Source: Piromyces finnis finn (taxonomy: Eukaryota; Fungi; Neocallimastigomycota). From it: a stretch of 64,000 nucleotides of DNA. Where the stretch lies: the NCBI GenBank assembly GCA_002104945.1, contig MCFH01000071.1, positions 171,082 to 235,081 of the forward strand, given 5' to 3'. The position numbers were made by a program, and so were the translations under genes. Below are positions 62,136 to 64,000 of the stretch, in pieces (position 1 is the stretch's first letter; every line of letters starts with the position of its first letter). Below the pieces are notes generated by a model, which saw only the letters and a list, made by a program, of their open reading frames with translations, made no database searches and was not told the DNA's origin.

Positions 62136-64000
62136 GGTGTATATTATTGATAGATAGATAGATAGATAGATAGATATGTATAAATTTAAAAAAAAAAAAA
62201 AAAGAATTTTAAATGATAAATAAAGTACAATGGTGAATCGATTACTGATAAATAATGAATAAATTTCTTTATATTTTGTTGTTAAAAATATATATATATA
62301 AAAAAAGAAAAATTTCTAAATTTTTAATGTTAAAAAAAAGACTTTATAATTTATTTGATAATAAAAATTTATTTAAAAAAATCATAAAAAATGAAAGAAC
62401 AAAAAAAATAATAATAATGAAAATGGTCATGTAAAACTTAAAACATAATTAAAATCTCGGTTTTTTTTTCTCGGTCCGTTTCTTAAGATAAATATTAAAA
62501 ACAAAATTTAACAAAATTTAAAAATTTTGATTTATATAGTTAAAGGTTAGATTTTAAATGTATATCCTAACCTTTATTTTTTTTAAAAAAAAAAGGCATA
62601 AAAAAAATGCTTTACTTTATTTATTGGTATGGTAAACTATACATAAAGTATTTATTCAGTATCTCATTTCTTTTTTAAAAAAAAAGTTTATTGTTTATAA
62701 TTGATGCTTCTATCATTAGTTCCTCACTCTAATATGGTTACTATTCTTCACCTTTTTTACACTTTTCTAAAGATAAAGTTCATTATAAAATATGAAAATT
62801 GGCTTTGATTTTTTTTAGAAAAAAAAAAAAACAACCTTTAACTTATATATTGAATATAACTAACAATAATAAATATTTTAAACTTTTTTTTTTATTCAGT
62901 AGTTTAAAAGTTTTTCTAACATGATTACTTTGTGAGTACTGAGATTCTAATACGTAATGTAAATCAACGTCCATTGTTTATATACAAGTGATATAATTAT
63001 ATTAGTTAATTTTTCCAATATAAATTTATATAGTTTTTATTAAATTTCTTCTATAATGTATATAAATGTACTACGTATGTATAATTAATGTAAGAACATG
63101 TAATGTAAAATAATACTACAGATGTATAATCCATAGAGTTCCAGCCTTATCATTGGACAACTAATTATTAAGTAAGGCTCATACAATAGACTACGGAATA
63201 ATTATTATTAAGGAGGCTTCTTGTTTTTAGAAAAAGTTTTAATAGTTAACAGCGACAGAATTAGTGTTTTAGTATTTAGACAGAATAGAAATATTGGAAC
63301 GTAATAAATAAAGTTATTAATAAAACATACATTATTTAAAGTTAAATGCTTTCTACATAAAGTTAGCGCGTATCACAAGTAGAGTCATCTCAAATCTATC
63401 AATGTACTTTTCTTTTTTTTATCCTAAAAACAAACAGAAACAATACATTATCAAAATATATTTAAATAATGTACCGCAGATACATTATTTGGTCAGAGAA
63501 TGAATACTACTTGATAATTTTTTTCTGATTTTTTAATTTGATTTAATATTTATAATAATATTTTTTTTCTTATTTCATATTGTAAGTTTTTTTTTTTTTA
63601 TTAACTTATCATACTTATTTCTTATTTTACTATGGAGCCATTGATAAGATTTTTCGATTATTATTTAGATGACTTTCATAGTTTTTTTTTTTTAATTTCT
63701 CTTTTAATAGGTAATTTTAGTGTCAATGATGTCACCAATAATTCATAAATAAATTAAAGCTAAAATACTTTAAAAAGTTTAAAATTATCATAGAAAATGA
63801 CCAACACCTTTGTTTCTTCTATTGATTACAAAAGAGAGAATGATTTTTGAATAGAGAGAGAGAGACGGAGAGAGAGAGAAAAAAATGAATATGAACATCA
63901 TCCGTAGAAATAGAAATAGTCAATATAGTAGCAGTAATAATCATAGACATAGATATAAACATAGTCATGATAATTTCATGGACATAAACAAATCATAATT

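Noticed and set aside
63632-63690. MEPLIRFFDYYLDDF as a reverse-transcriptase YxDD motif
   Set aside because: No other RT motifs nearby, the frame runs into poly-T, and it is on the opposite strand to the putative integrase relic.

Overview
Eukaryotic, extremely AT-rich, intron-containing DNA. Composition, homopolymer tracts and the ankyrin family type suggest an anaerobic gut fungus (Neocallimastigomycota); this is inferred, not proven. By hand-splicing I modelled 13 protein-coding genes: RRP12 (5'-partial), RPS8, SARAF/TMEM66, a secreted histidine-phosphatase-like protein, a Cys-rich/TM/SH3 protein, an orphan secreted protein, a ~1500-aa membrane-tethered disordered protein, UPF3 head-to-head with RRP6, a divergent Derlin-like protein, a SAP-domain protein, a secreted protein with two copies of an unrecognised 4-Cys domain, and a 13-repeat ankyrin protein. 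Most short ORFs in the track are low-complexity noise. Highlights: (1) 14 of 34 modelled introns end in AAG rather than YAG, five of them after a pure poly-A run where a polypyrimidine tract is expected. (2) A ~500-bp inverted duplication of phosphatase exons flanks a 5-kb segment; it could act as an invertible switch or as exon-shuffling substrate. (3) The SARAF orthologue has a prion-like N-terminus in place of a signal peptide. (4) A novel C-x16-C-x6-C-x37-C repeat domain occurs in a secreted protein. No tRNA, rRNA or CRISPR was found. All exon coordinates are manual.
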